Shown here: piece by piece, positions 10,189 through 19,283 of the stretch | How the letters are laid out: the number at the start of each line of letters is the position of its first letter | How positions within the stretch are numbered: the first letter of the stretch is position 1 | From: Candidatus Eiseniibacteriota bacterium | Lineage (GTDB): Bacteria; Eisenbacteria; RBG-16-71-46; JABDJR01 | Length of the DNA: 64,000 nucleotides | Reading direction: 5' to 3' | NCBI GenBank assembly: GCA_963762255.1 | Contig: CAVXKA010000002.1 | Location: 1,056,001 to 1,120,000, forward strand | The notes under the pieces: generated by a model | Database searches by the model: none | What the model saw: the letters and a program-made list of their open reading frames with translations, nothing else | Told to the model about the DNA's origin: nothing | Program-made: the position numbers and the translations under genes

Positions 10189-11154
10189 CTAGTACTGGTG
10201 ACACCCGACGTTGAAACAGCCTTGATCCTGGAGCGATTCGCTCAGGAAATTCCGGCTGACATAGGAACCGTGAATGTCGGTGTGACAGTCGTTGCAGGCC
10301 AGCTCCGCCCACTGGGTCCCGTGATAGGGATTCATCTTGTGGAGTGGGACGGAGTGGCACTGCGCGCAGAGCTGGAAATTCGGAGCCTCGTAGGGCTGCT
10401 TGAGCATCCTCGGCAGATACGATCCGTGGGGTTCATGGCAGGTCATGCACCCACCCTCCTCCGTGGAGTAGTCCACCGAGGCCTGGTGTTCGTAGGGGAA
10501 CGGCCCCTGGAATTCGCCGTGGCAACTCGTACACGCGTCGTTCATCCCATTCATGGAGAGTTCCCGAGTCGTCTTGTCCAGCGTCAAGTGGCACTCGGAG
10601 CACTTCACGATCCCGTCGTTGACGGGATGCCGCGAAGGCTTGGCGAATTCGCTCGCTACTGCGGTGTGGCACCCCTGGCATAGCTCCACCTCGGCCTCCT
10701 CGAGAAGAGAGGGTTGCTTGCCGGCGTGGACGCTGTGACAGGAACTGCAGTTCACGTCGTTTTCGGCGTGGACGTTTCTCTCCATCATGTTCTGTTGGTG
10801 CGGATTCAGATGGCAGGATGAGCAGATCTCGCCCTCGGCGATCGCGCCCACAGCAGCCGGGTTGGTCATCGGATACTGCTCTGGACTCTCCTCGTAGTGA
10901 CGAGAATCCCCGCGGTGACAATCGGTGCAGGCCGTCAGGACCTCGGTCTTCTCGCCGGATTTCTCGAAGAGCCGGTGGGCAGTCAGCGCGAGTGAGGCGT
11001 CAAGTCCCTCGTGGCACGCGAGACACGCCTCGCTCTCACGAGGATTGTCCGCGGCGGAGAGTTCCGGTTGCGACCCGGAAAGGAGGGCGATGAGGAAGGG
11101 GGCAAGGATCAGGACGGGTACGTAGCGACCGAGATGCTTGCTGTGCGCTTTCAA
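10189..11154 (-). CDS. DmsE/MtrA-family periplasmic decaheme cytochrome c
   Basis: 10 CxxCH, GPFPYEH and CHTDIHGS family motifs, extra terminal CFNVGCH; TTG start after GGAGG. Confidence 0.88.
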   Translation of the reverse strand: MKAHSKHLGRYVPVLILAPFLIALLSGSQPELSAADNPRESEACLACHEGLDASLALTAHRLFEKSGEKTEVLTACTDCHRGDSRHYEESPEQYPMTNPAAVGAIAEGEICSSCHLNPHQQNMMERNVHAENDVNCSSCHSVHAGKQPSLLEEAEVELCQGCHTAVASEFAKPSRHPVNDGIVKCSECHLTLDKTTRELSMNGMNDACTSCHGEFQGPFPYEHQASVDYSTEEGGCMTCHEPHGSYLPRMLKQPYEAPNFQLCAQCHSVPLHKMNPYHGTQWAELACNDCHTDIHGSYVSRNFLSESLQDQGCFNVGCHQY

Positions 11155-11334
11155 CGAGTCCCCTCCGAAGAAAGACCGCCTGTGTACCTCTCAAGGACGG
11201 AACCTGCCGATACCCCAGAAGATCCGCCAAAGTGCTCTTCTTCTACTTGCCGGGCACTTTATCACGAGTATCGAGGCTTGTCTGTGCAGTCGACTGCCAC
11301 GGTCAAACTGCCATATCGGCAACTGCGCGGCAAG

Positions 11335-11363
11335 GCAATAGTGGAGAAAAGAGATAAGGTCAA
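11335..11363 (-). promoter_or_regulatory. Putative sigma70 promoter of the mtrA-like operon
   Basis: Minus strand TTGACC-17 nt-TATTGC in an AT-richer intergenic region; the -10 box is weak. Confidence 0.35.
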
Positions 11364-11446
11364 TCATGGAAAGCGAACGGAGCATTCACGACAAAATCGC
11401 TCCTATTTACCAGTGAGGCGACTCCCCCCCCCAACTGCGGAGCCTG

Positions 11447-14400
11447 CTACCGGCCCCCTCTTGGACGCGCTTCCAGGTCGCCGCCCTGATGACACTGCAC
11501 GCAGAGCAACCGCGTCTTGTCGTGGGTCAGAAGCTGCTCGTGGTCCGTGCCGTGCGGGTTGTGGCAGGAGGTGCACGTCAGATCCTGGCCGGTTCGCGGA
11601 TCCTTCTGCGGTCCCGAGTACGGGTGATAGTGCGACTCCGAGGCGTCGTGGCACTGGCCGCAAAGCGTCTGCTGGGGCTCGACCAGGATCCCCGCGTTCC
11701 CGCTGCCATGAGGATCATGGCAGGTGGAGCAGCCCCCGATGTCCGGGTGTTGGTACTTCGCGGCGAACATCTTGCGGTCGTGACAGGTCTGACAGGTCTT
11801 GGTCACGTCGTCGCGCACCAGCATCTCCTTGGTGCGGCCGGCGTGAGGCGAGTGGCAGTTGATGCAGCCCATGCCCGTCGTCACCGCGGCGTGCACGACC
11901 GGCTTCTCGGCGTCCTTCGCGTGACCACCGTGGCAGGTCACGCACAACGCCATCCCCTCCGCCTTGAGCCCTTCCTGCCCGGCGTGGCAGGCCATGCAGT
12001 CCTTATCCGCATAGGGTTTGTGCGAGAAGGCCAGCATGAGCCCCGCGTTCTTGGAACCGTGCGGGTCGTGGCAACTCGTGCACTTGGCCCCCTCGGCGTG
12101 GAACCCGCGGTGCTGTGCCAGGAACTGCGGGGCGCGCGGATCGTGGCAGGACGCGCAGAGTTCGCGCACCGGCGTGGTGAGGAGCCCTTCCTCCCGGCCC
12201 ACATGCGGGTCGTGGCATTGCTTGCACCCGGGATCCGTGACCGGTGCGTGCGTGAACTTCTCTTGGGTCTGCTTGATCACATCGCCGTGACAGTCCCCGC
12301 AGAGTTCAGGGCTCGCCTTGTTGAGAAGGCCGGGCTCGAATCCCTCATGGCCGCCATGGCAGGTGCGGCACTCCCCGGCCCGGGCGGGGGCGTGGACCAG
12401 CTCCGGGTTGGCGGAGCGGAGCTGCTGCGAGAGATCCGTGTGGCAGCGCTCGCACAGCTCCGAGGCTGTCTCGGGGAGAAGCTTCTTCCCCGAAGCGGCG
12501 TGCGGGTTGTGGCAGCCGCTGCAATCCCCCATCTCCACCGGGGTATGCAGAGCTTTGGGCGGTTTGGGCGGCTCGATCCCGCCGTGACAGCCGGCGCAGA
12601 GCTCCGCCTCCGGGGCCACCAGTTCCACCTTCGAGTCGGGCGACGGCGGCTTGTGGCAGGTCTCGCAGGAGCCGGGCCCGAACGGCTCGTGGCGCTCCGC
12701 ACGGAGAAGTCCCTTCTCCGATCCACGATGGGGATCGTGGCACGATAGGCAGTCGGTCTGCTCCACCGGGAAGCTCTCGTGGCTCCGCTTGAAGTCGCGA
12801 TCGGCTGCGTCGTGGCACGTCGTGCAAGGCGTTGCGAGGGCCACTCGTCCGTCGGCGGTGCGCGTCTGGTGCGCGCTGTGGCAGGTGGCGCACTCGCCGT
12901 TCTTGACCGGAGCGTGCACGACACCCGTGGCCAAGGACTCCTTCATCGTGTTGTGGCATGTGAAGCAGAGATCCGCGCCCGCCGCGCGCAGCAGGCTCTT
13001 TCCTTCCGGGATCGCGTGAGGATCGTGGCAAGAGTCACACTCACCCCGGGCGACCGGAGCATGCAGAGTAACGGCGGACGCGCCTCCGGCCGGCTCGCCG
13101 TGGCAGGTCGCGCACAGTTCCGCCTGCGTCGTCATGAGGAGCCCGGGCTCCTTCCCGCTGTGCGGCCGGTGGCAGGACGTGCATGCGTCGGTCTCGAAGG
13201 GAGGATGCTTCTGGGGCATCCGCATCTGGTCGACTTGCTCACGGTGGCACTGCAGGCAGAGCGCCGGCTGCGCCTTCGTTCCGAGCGCCGGCAGATCCGA
13301 CCCGTGAGCGGTGTGGCATGCCGCGCAGGTGCCGTCCAGGAACGGGAAGTGGACGATCGGTTCCTTGCCTTCCTTGGCCAGGCCGTCGTGACAGCTCTCG
13401 CATAGAAGGGCCTCGGGCTGGGCGAGAAGGGCCGTCTCCTCGCTTACATGGGGGGCATGACAGGTCCGGCAGTCCCCTTCCATGGGGGCATGGGGGACCT
13501 TTGCCGCCGCTGCCTTCTCCACCGCGGCGCCATGACAGGAGCGGCAGAGCACCTCCGAGGATTCGGTCAGCATCCCCTTCCCACCGCCGCCGTGCGCCTT
13601 GTGACATGAATCGCAGGCGAGCTCATCGAAAGGCTGGTGCTTGGAGGCCAACTCCGGATTCTGGCGCGGGTCCTCGTGACAGACGAAGCAGAGCTCTTCA
13701 GCGCTTCCCTTGAGCAGGCCCTTGCGGTCGGCCTTGTGAGGATCGTGACAGAAGAGGCAATCCCCTTCCGCCGCCGGCGGGTGGCCGTGGTCCGCCTTGG
13801 CCACATCCCCCACGTCGCTGTGGCAGGTGATGCATAGCTCTTCCTTGGGGGCGGTGAGGACTGACGGATCGTCCGGCAACCCGCTGTGGCAGGCCTGGCA
13901 GTCGGCTTCGGCGTAGGGGGCGTGGACAAATCCCCCTCCCTTGCCCTGTGGCGATCCGTGGGGATCGTGACACGACGAACACAAGAGCGCCCGCCACCTC
14001 CGGTCGAGTATGGAGTTCCGGCAACTCGGAAACGGGACCGTGGCAGCGGGCGCAAAGCTCGGCTTCGGGCGCGATCAAGAGCCCGGGATAATCGGACTGA
14101 TGCGGGGCATGGCAGGTCTCGCACTTGCCCTCGGCAAAGGGGGCGTGTTTTGCGGGGGATGCCTGGGCCTGGGCAAGTCGCGGGTGGCATGCCGCGCAGA
14201 CTTCCGCCGCTGGGGCGGCGAGGAGTCCCTTGCTGTCGGAAGCATGCGCGTCGTGGCACGAGACGCAGGAAACGCCCTTCGTCGAAAGATGGTCGAAGCC
14301 GCCCTCGGCGGGCTTCGGGTCACCGCGCCGGGGTGGCAGAGGTGCAGAGTTCGGGAAGATCCTTCTGCAGGATGAGTTTCTGCGCAAACCCGTGTCGTTT

Positions 14401-14605
14401 GTGGCAACTCTCGCAGTCCTCGGCCTTCACCGGGTCGTGCACGACCTTCTTCTGCGCGTACTCGTCCTGCGCCTTCTGATGGCAGTCGTAGCACCGACGC
14501 CGGGGCTGGGCATCCGAGCGCCCCGACAGCAATGACGCCACCACCCCCATGCCTAGAGCAAGAGCGAGTATCGCCAGTGCGACTCAAACGGATGCGGCCG
14601 CTCAT
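11447..14605 (-). CDS. Giant multiheme cytochrome c (~42 CxxCH, ~1050 aa), split by frameshifts near 14580, 14340 and 13985
   Basis: 35 CxxCH in ORF 11447..13984, 4 in ORF 13698..14387, 2 in ORF 14320..14550 and 1 spanning a frameshift; repeated HxP-x5-CxxCH-xPH-x12-LCxxCH units; N-terminal signal peptide. Confidence 0.85.
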
Positions 14606-14606
14606 C

Positions 14607-15087
14607 TCACTTCTCCTTCTCGGACACCTTGGGAGTCTCAGGCTTCGAAGAAGGCCCCTTGTAGCCGAGCACTTCCTTCAGCTGGAAGGAGTAGAACGAT
14701 TTCGACGAGAAATGGGGCGGAAAGTTCAGAAACGCCCAGGAGCTGTCCACCGCTCCGGTGTCGGCGAGGACGAAGACCTGGACGGCGGGGTTGTTCATCG
14801 CCTCGGAGAGGTTCAGCATCTTTCCGTCGATGATGCGGAAGTCGGTCAGGAACTGCTTGACCGTTCCGCTGAGCGGCGTGTCGCCGAAGATAGAACTTCT
14901 CCCCGATTCGGACGGTGTGATCTTCCTTCCAATCCGGGTAGAGCCGGTTCCCCGCCTGAATCACGAACTTGAGCGTCGTGTCGGTGATGGCCGGCACGGG
15001 CTTGGGTGCGGATTCCTGGGAGTGGGCAGGGTCCGCGGTGCACCAGCACATGAGACCCAGCACACTCGCAACCAGCAGGCTCTTCAA
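14607..15087 (-). CDS. Small exported protein (DUF2155-like), frameshift near 14888
   Basis: Signal peptide in ORF 14638..15087 joins the frame of ORF 14607..14819 (FLTDFRI...NNPAVQV...WAFLNFP). Confidence 0.6.
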
Positions 15088-15091
15088 GATG

Positions 15092-15712
15092 TCACCTCTC
15101 CTCTCCCGCCGGGGTCGAGGCGCGCTGACGCTTGCCTCCCCTCGATGCGGGGAACGTCTTCATAATCTCTTCGACCGCGTCCGCCGCGAGCCGCTCCAGG
15201 TTCGTGACGCGACCCAGGCCGAACACGGTCTCGCCGTCGCTCCCTCCACGACTGTGTACTGCGCTCCAGAGAACCCTGCCACCCGGCGCCTCGATGAGAC
15301 GCAGCGAGAGAGACACCTCGGGCAACGAGCCCTCGGGATCCTCGCGCAAGCCGTAGGCGAGTACCGCCCCGAGCAAAATGGCGTCCGCGCCCATCTCGGC
15401 GCCCAATGTATCGACGAGATCCGGCGGAAGCCGATCGATCATGAGCCACGGCTCCTTGGAAAGCGCTTCCTCCACCCGGCCGGACTCGACGACCTCTATG
15501 TCACGGAACTGGGAGAGCGCCACCGCCACCATGGGCCCCAACCGCTCCGGCGCTTCACGCGAGTCGGAGTAATTCGCCAGCGGAAGCACGGCGATCCGCA
15601 TCGGGCCGGCTAGTGGTTCTGCAATGTACGCCTGGGGCGACGGTGCGCATGCGGCCAACCCCAGCGCCCAGAGCGCCGCCGCCAGAGTGATCATCCCGCG
15701 CGACCGTTTCAT
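15092..15712 (-). CDS. CsgG/PelC-like outer-membrane lipoprotein
   Basis: LAAC lipobox; IAVLPLAN, GADAILLGAV and VSLSLRLIE...GRVLWS motifs. Confidence 0.7.
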   Translation of the reverse strand: MKRSRGMITLAAALWALGLAACAPSPQAYIAEPLAGPMRIAVLPLANYSDSREAPERLGPMVAVALSQFRDIEVVESGRVEEALSKEPWLMIDRLPPDLVDTLGAEMGADAILLGAVLAYGLREDPEGSLPEVSLSLRLIEAPGGRVLWSAVHSRGGSDGETVFGLGRVTNLERLAADAVEEIMKTFPASRGGKRQRASTPAGEER

Positions 15713-15717
15713 GGTTC

Positions 15718-16320
15718 TCAGTTCCTCGGCAGCGTCTTCAGAAAGTCACGACACACCGACGTCGTGAGCTCGCCCATCGTGTGGATCTCGCCGCCGCCGA
15801 AGAGACCCAGAATCCAACTCACCACCGGAGTTCCCGGCCCTCCGCGACGGGTGTCGCTCGCGCTCCAGACCAGCTTCCCGGACGCCGCATCGACCAATCG
15901 CACCTCCATCGAAAGCAGCGGAAACGCCGAGCGACCGGTGCGAGACATCTCGTACTCGCGCACCGTGCCCAAGAACACCCCCTCGACGCCGAGTTCCTCC
16001 GCCAGACGGGCCAGTTCCTCCGCCGACCATGGATTCTCGACCGGTGTCCCCCCGCGCAGCTTGACCACAGCGGCGGAGAACTGACCGGGCTCAACTACAT
16101 CCGCGAATCCCCGGCGAAGCAGCTCGCTGAAGAAGATGTCGCTCACGCGATATCCGGCCCCGCGATCCTGGGACAGCGACGTGAAGGGGATGATTGCCAC
16201 TTTCTGGTAATAGGGCAGGTCCGCTTCGGGGTTCACAAAGGCGGAGGAACCGCCACAGCCGACGACCGAGATCAAGAGCACCGCCATCGCCAGCTCCACC
16301 GCCTTCATCCGTGCACTCAT
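15718..16320 (-). CDS. CsgG/PelC-like outer-membrane lipoprotein (paralog)
   Basis: VVGC lipobox; KVAIIPF, LGVEGVFLGTVREY and EVRLVDAASGKLVWS motifs. Confidence 0.7.
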   Translation of the reverse strand: MSARMKAVELAMAVLLISVVGCGGSSAFVNPEADLPYYQKVAIIPFTSLSQDRGAGYRVSDIFFSELLRRGFADVVEPGQFSAAVVKLRGGTPVENPWSAEELARLAEELGVEGVFLGTVREYEMSRTGRSAFPLLSMEVRLVDAASGKLVWSASDTRRGGPGTPVVSWILGLFGGGEIHTMGELTTSVCRDFLKTLPRN

Positions 16321-16347
16321 GTCGTGTGTGACTCCCTGCTGTCCGAT

Positions 16348-18012
16348 CTAAAAGCTTCTGTCGAGGGTGAAGCCGTAGCTGTCGGCTCCGCGGCCGTAAC
16401 GCCACGGATCCTGGAGCGATCTGCGCGCGGCACGGCGCCATTGGACCTTGGCTCGGAGCTCGCTGGGCAACCAGAAGCCCAGATCGACGCCGCCGATTAT
16501 CTCACCGGTGCGCGAGCTCAACACCAGAGACTCCCTGCGGGACCAGTCCACGGAGAGCGTCGCCTCTTCCGAGATGCGTATGCCCGCGCTCACCGTTCCA
16601 AAGCGCTCCTCGCGGACGAGCCGGCCCGTGCCGGCAAGCCGCCGATACGAAGCAATGAAACTCGACCGGGGAACCGGCTGGTACCCAACCGTGTACTGCC
16701 ACTCCTGATCGGTCTGAGCCTGCCCGTCGAACATGGGCAGCGTGTCCCGGCGCCAGGTGATCTCACAGGTCGCGTTGCTGACGGGGGCGGTGCGAAGCTG
16801 GAGCGATCGTCCCCATTGCGTACCGGTCTGTGAGGCGCCGATCACCGCCCTGGAAGCCCGCAACTCGGCCCGCGCGGCGATCCCCTGGCGAAGTCTGCCG
16901 TCCAGCAGACCGTAGACCGTGTTCAGAGGGATGGAGCCGTTCCGGCTTGCCAGGTCCACCGCGCGTTGAGCGCCGGCCTGGAGGACCAGTCCTCGAATGA
17001 GGTCGCGAGCGAATGTCGCCTGGCCCTGCACATAGTCCGAGACGATGTCTCCTCCCGTCTGGGTCTGCTGCCGGTACTCGCGCAGAACACGAAGGCTCAT
17101 CCCGTCAATCGGCCGGTAGTCGGCGCTTCCGCTCAGGAATCGTTCCGCGCGAGACCTGGAGTCGGGAAGCGCATTGTCCTCGGCCCGGCCCCACTGCACC
17201 GTGCCCGATCCGCCGACCGAGAGCCGACGGCTGGGATTCCAGAAGGAGGACACACCGGTGCGCTGGCTGTACTGCTTGCGGTCGCGGTCCCGGGTCGAGT
17301 ACGTGGAGTAGCTGGCGTCATAGGAGGCTTGAGCGGACACGGCGCGCCAGGCTCTCGAGCCTTGTAGGGCGGCCCGCCAGTCATCCGTGTTGGAGCGAGC
17401 ACCCAAAGAGGAGGAAGACGGCGCGCTCTGAAGGCGCCGATAAGCCAAGGTGCTCCCCACGCCACCCCGGGAATAAGCGAGTTGGCCCCGCCAGTCGTCG
17501 GACCAGGAACGCTCGCTGCGCACACCGCTGGCGGTCCACGTGGGCGCGTCTCGATCCAGTCGATGGTAGTGCGCGCTCAGGCTGGGCGCCCCTGCCGGAG
17601 ACGCATTGAGATCCACTTGGGCCACGCGTTCCCGAACGCCGCCCACACCCGAATCCACGCCCTGCCATGGCACGAACTGGGTCCGAATGCGTACCGTCGA
17701 CTTCTGCGCGTCCGCGTACCAGCGATGCCGGAGAAGGTCACCGTCGCCGGACTCGAGCCCGTACCGGGTGTTGCGGCTGTAGTAGGCAAACGATCCTCGC
17801 AGCGTGACCGCGACGCCGCCCGGGAAATCGCTGCTGCCGCGCAGGTCGAGGTTGCTCCGCCAGGTGTCCTCGGAAATCGTGTCCTCCGTGCGCAGGAAGG
17901 AGGACACCCAGTTCCCCTGCATCGCGTGGACCGACCGGGGAGCCAGGAGCGCCAGAGCGGCCAGGAAGCCGACGCGGCAGCCTGCAATGATCGCCACCCG
18001 GAACACCGTCAA
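16348..18012 (-). CDS. Outer-membrane beta-barrel protein
   Basis: Signal peptide, alternating beta-strand pattern and C-terminal YGFTLDRSF beta-signal. Confidence 0.7.
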   Translation of the reverse strand: MTVFRVAIIAGCRVGFLAALALLAPRSVHAMQGNWVSSFLRTEDTISEDTWRSNLDLRGSSDFPGGVAVTLRGSFAYYSRNTRYGLESGDGDLLRHRWYADAQKSTVRIRTQFVPWQGVDSGVGGVRERVAQVDLNASPAGAPSLSAHYHRLDRDAPTWTASGVRSERSWSDDWRGQLAYSRGGVGSTLAYRRLQSAPSSSSLGARSNTDDWRAALQGSRAWRAVSAQASYDASYSTYSTRDRDRKQYSQRTGVSSFWNPSRRLSVGGSGTVQWGRAEDNALPDSRSRAERFLSGSADYRPIDGMSLRVLREYRQQTQTGGDIVSDYVQGQATFARDLIRGLVLQAGAQRAVDLASRNGSIPLNTVYGLLDGRLRQGIAARAELRASRAVIGASQTGTQWGRSLQLRTAPVSNATCEITWRRDTLPMFDGQAQTDQEWQYTVGYQPVPRSSFIASYRRLAGTGRLVREERFGTVSAGIRISEEATLSVDWSRRESLVLSSRTGEIIGGVDLGFWLPSELRAKVQWRRAARRSLQDPWRYGRGADSYGFTLDRSF

Positions 18013-19139
18013 GGAGGCCCGCCTTCACCCTCGCCTGGGTTGTGCACGTTGCTGCCGGTCGGGCTCGAGTAGTCCCGGCCATGGCAGTCGTAACAGCTCT
18101 TGGCGGAGTTGAGACGGTGCGGACCTTGGTCGGGGAGCGTATTCATCACGATCCCCTCTACGGTCTGGGTGCCTGGGATCCCGCCCGACGGGATGTGGCA
18201 ACCGAGGCAGAACTTCCGGCACTGGGCGGCGTCGGTGAGCGTGCTGGTGAGGCCGCTCCAGTTCGTCCGCTGGTCGCTGATCAGGAAGGCGTTGGGCTGC
18301 ACGCTGTTGTTCCCCTGGGAACCGTGAGGGTTGTGGCAGTCGTAGCAGGGAAGCATGTCGCCCACTTGGATATGCGCGGGCCAGGAGATGGCGACGTCGG
18401 GGTTCCGCCGGATGCGGTGCCCGCCGTGGTCCGGGTTCAGGCCGGCATCGTAGTAGTCCTCGATGAACCGGCTGCCAAGATCCATCCCTGCAGGGCCGTC
18501 GTTGCCGTGGCAGTCGAAGCACAACCTATACTGGTCCGGGGCGCCCATCGAAGCGTGGCCGCCGATACCGCCGTACTGCGCGATCAGGAGGTCACGCGGG
18601 TTCGGGGCATCGTGAGGCGTGTGACAATTCAGACAGAGCCCCTGCCCGGAGGGATCCTGTCGCGGCATGTCCGGATCCAACGCATGAGGCGAGATGTAAT
18701 GCCCCGAGGTGGTCATCGCGGGGTTTGTATAGACGCTCTCGCCGGGCCAACGGCCGCGCAGCTCCACTCCGATCCGCCGCACACCGGCGTTGTTGGCTTC
18801 GAAGTAGCCCGCGTCGGGTTCCGTCTCGGGCAGTCGGTCGGTCTCACCCAAGGGATAGTTCTGGGGCCGGGCGCGGTGGCAGGGACCGTCTCCCTGGTCC
18901 CAGAAGGCGATGCGGTTGACGTTGTCGGTGAAGAGTTCGATGGGAAAGACCGGAGCGTTCGGGGAGTCTTCGTGGGTCGCGTGGCACTGCCGGCACTGGC
19001 CGCGCGTGGAGGGAACCGTAACGAGGCGCTGGACCCCGGTGTTGGGGTCGGCGTGGGGATCGTACGTCGTTTGTGCGGAGATGGTCCAGGCGGCCAGAGT
19101 CAGGACGCCGGTGAGAACCACGCCGGAAACTGGTCTCAC
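18009..19139 (-). CDS. Exported multiheme cytochrome c (6 CxxCH plus one degenerate site)
   Basis: CRQCH, CLNCH, CFDCH, CYDCH, CLGCH, CYDCH and a lone GPCH; GTG start after GGAG. Confidence 0.8.
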   Translation of the reverse strand: MRPVSGVVLTGVLTLAAWTISAQTTYDPHADPNTGVQRLVTVPSTRGQCRQCHATHEDSPNAPVFPIELFTDNVNRIAFWDQGDGPCHRARPQNYPLGETDRLPETEPDAGYFEANNAGVRRIGVELRGRWPGESVYTNPAMTTSGHYISPHALDPDMPRQDPSGQGLCLNCHTPHDAPNPRDLLIAQYGGIGGHASMGAPDQYRLCFDCHGNDGPAGMDLGSRFIEDYYDAGLNPDHGGHRIRRNPDVAISWPAHIQVGDMLPCYDCHNPHGSQGNNSVQPNAFLISDQRTNWSGLTSTLTDAAQCRKFCLGCHIPSGGIPGTQTVEGIVMNTLPDQGPHRLNSAKSCYDCHGRDYSSPTGSNVHNPGEGEGGPP

Positions 19140-19283
19140 GCTCGACTCCGTCGGCCACCTTCCGGAACGCGGAATCAACAACGGCAGACCCAGGCTGCGG
19201 GCACCGACAGTGGCCGGATTGTCGGTGCCCGCGCCCAAGCGTCGTATTCAGGCTATGGAGAGATTAGCTCTCCAGGTCTTGCA

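Noticed and set aside
11155-11334. Cyclic-dinucleotide (GEMM) riboswitch in the leaders of the cytochrome operons
   Set aside because: No GGCAAAC/GAAA/GACGCAAA core seen here or upstream of the NHL or imcH-like genes; only short hairpins. An Infernal/Rfam scan would settle it.
11447-13984. Recurrent GTGGCA motifs as a CRISPR or DNA repeat array
   Set aside because: They are the codons of repeated Cys-His in CxxCH motifs, not a nucleotide-level array
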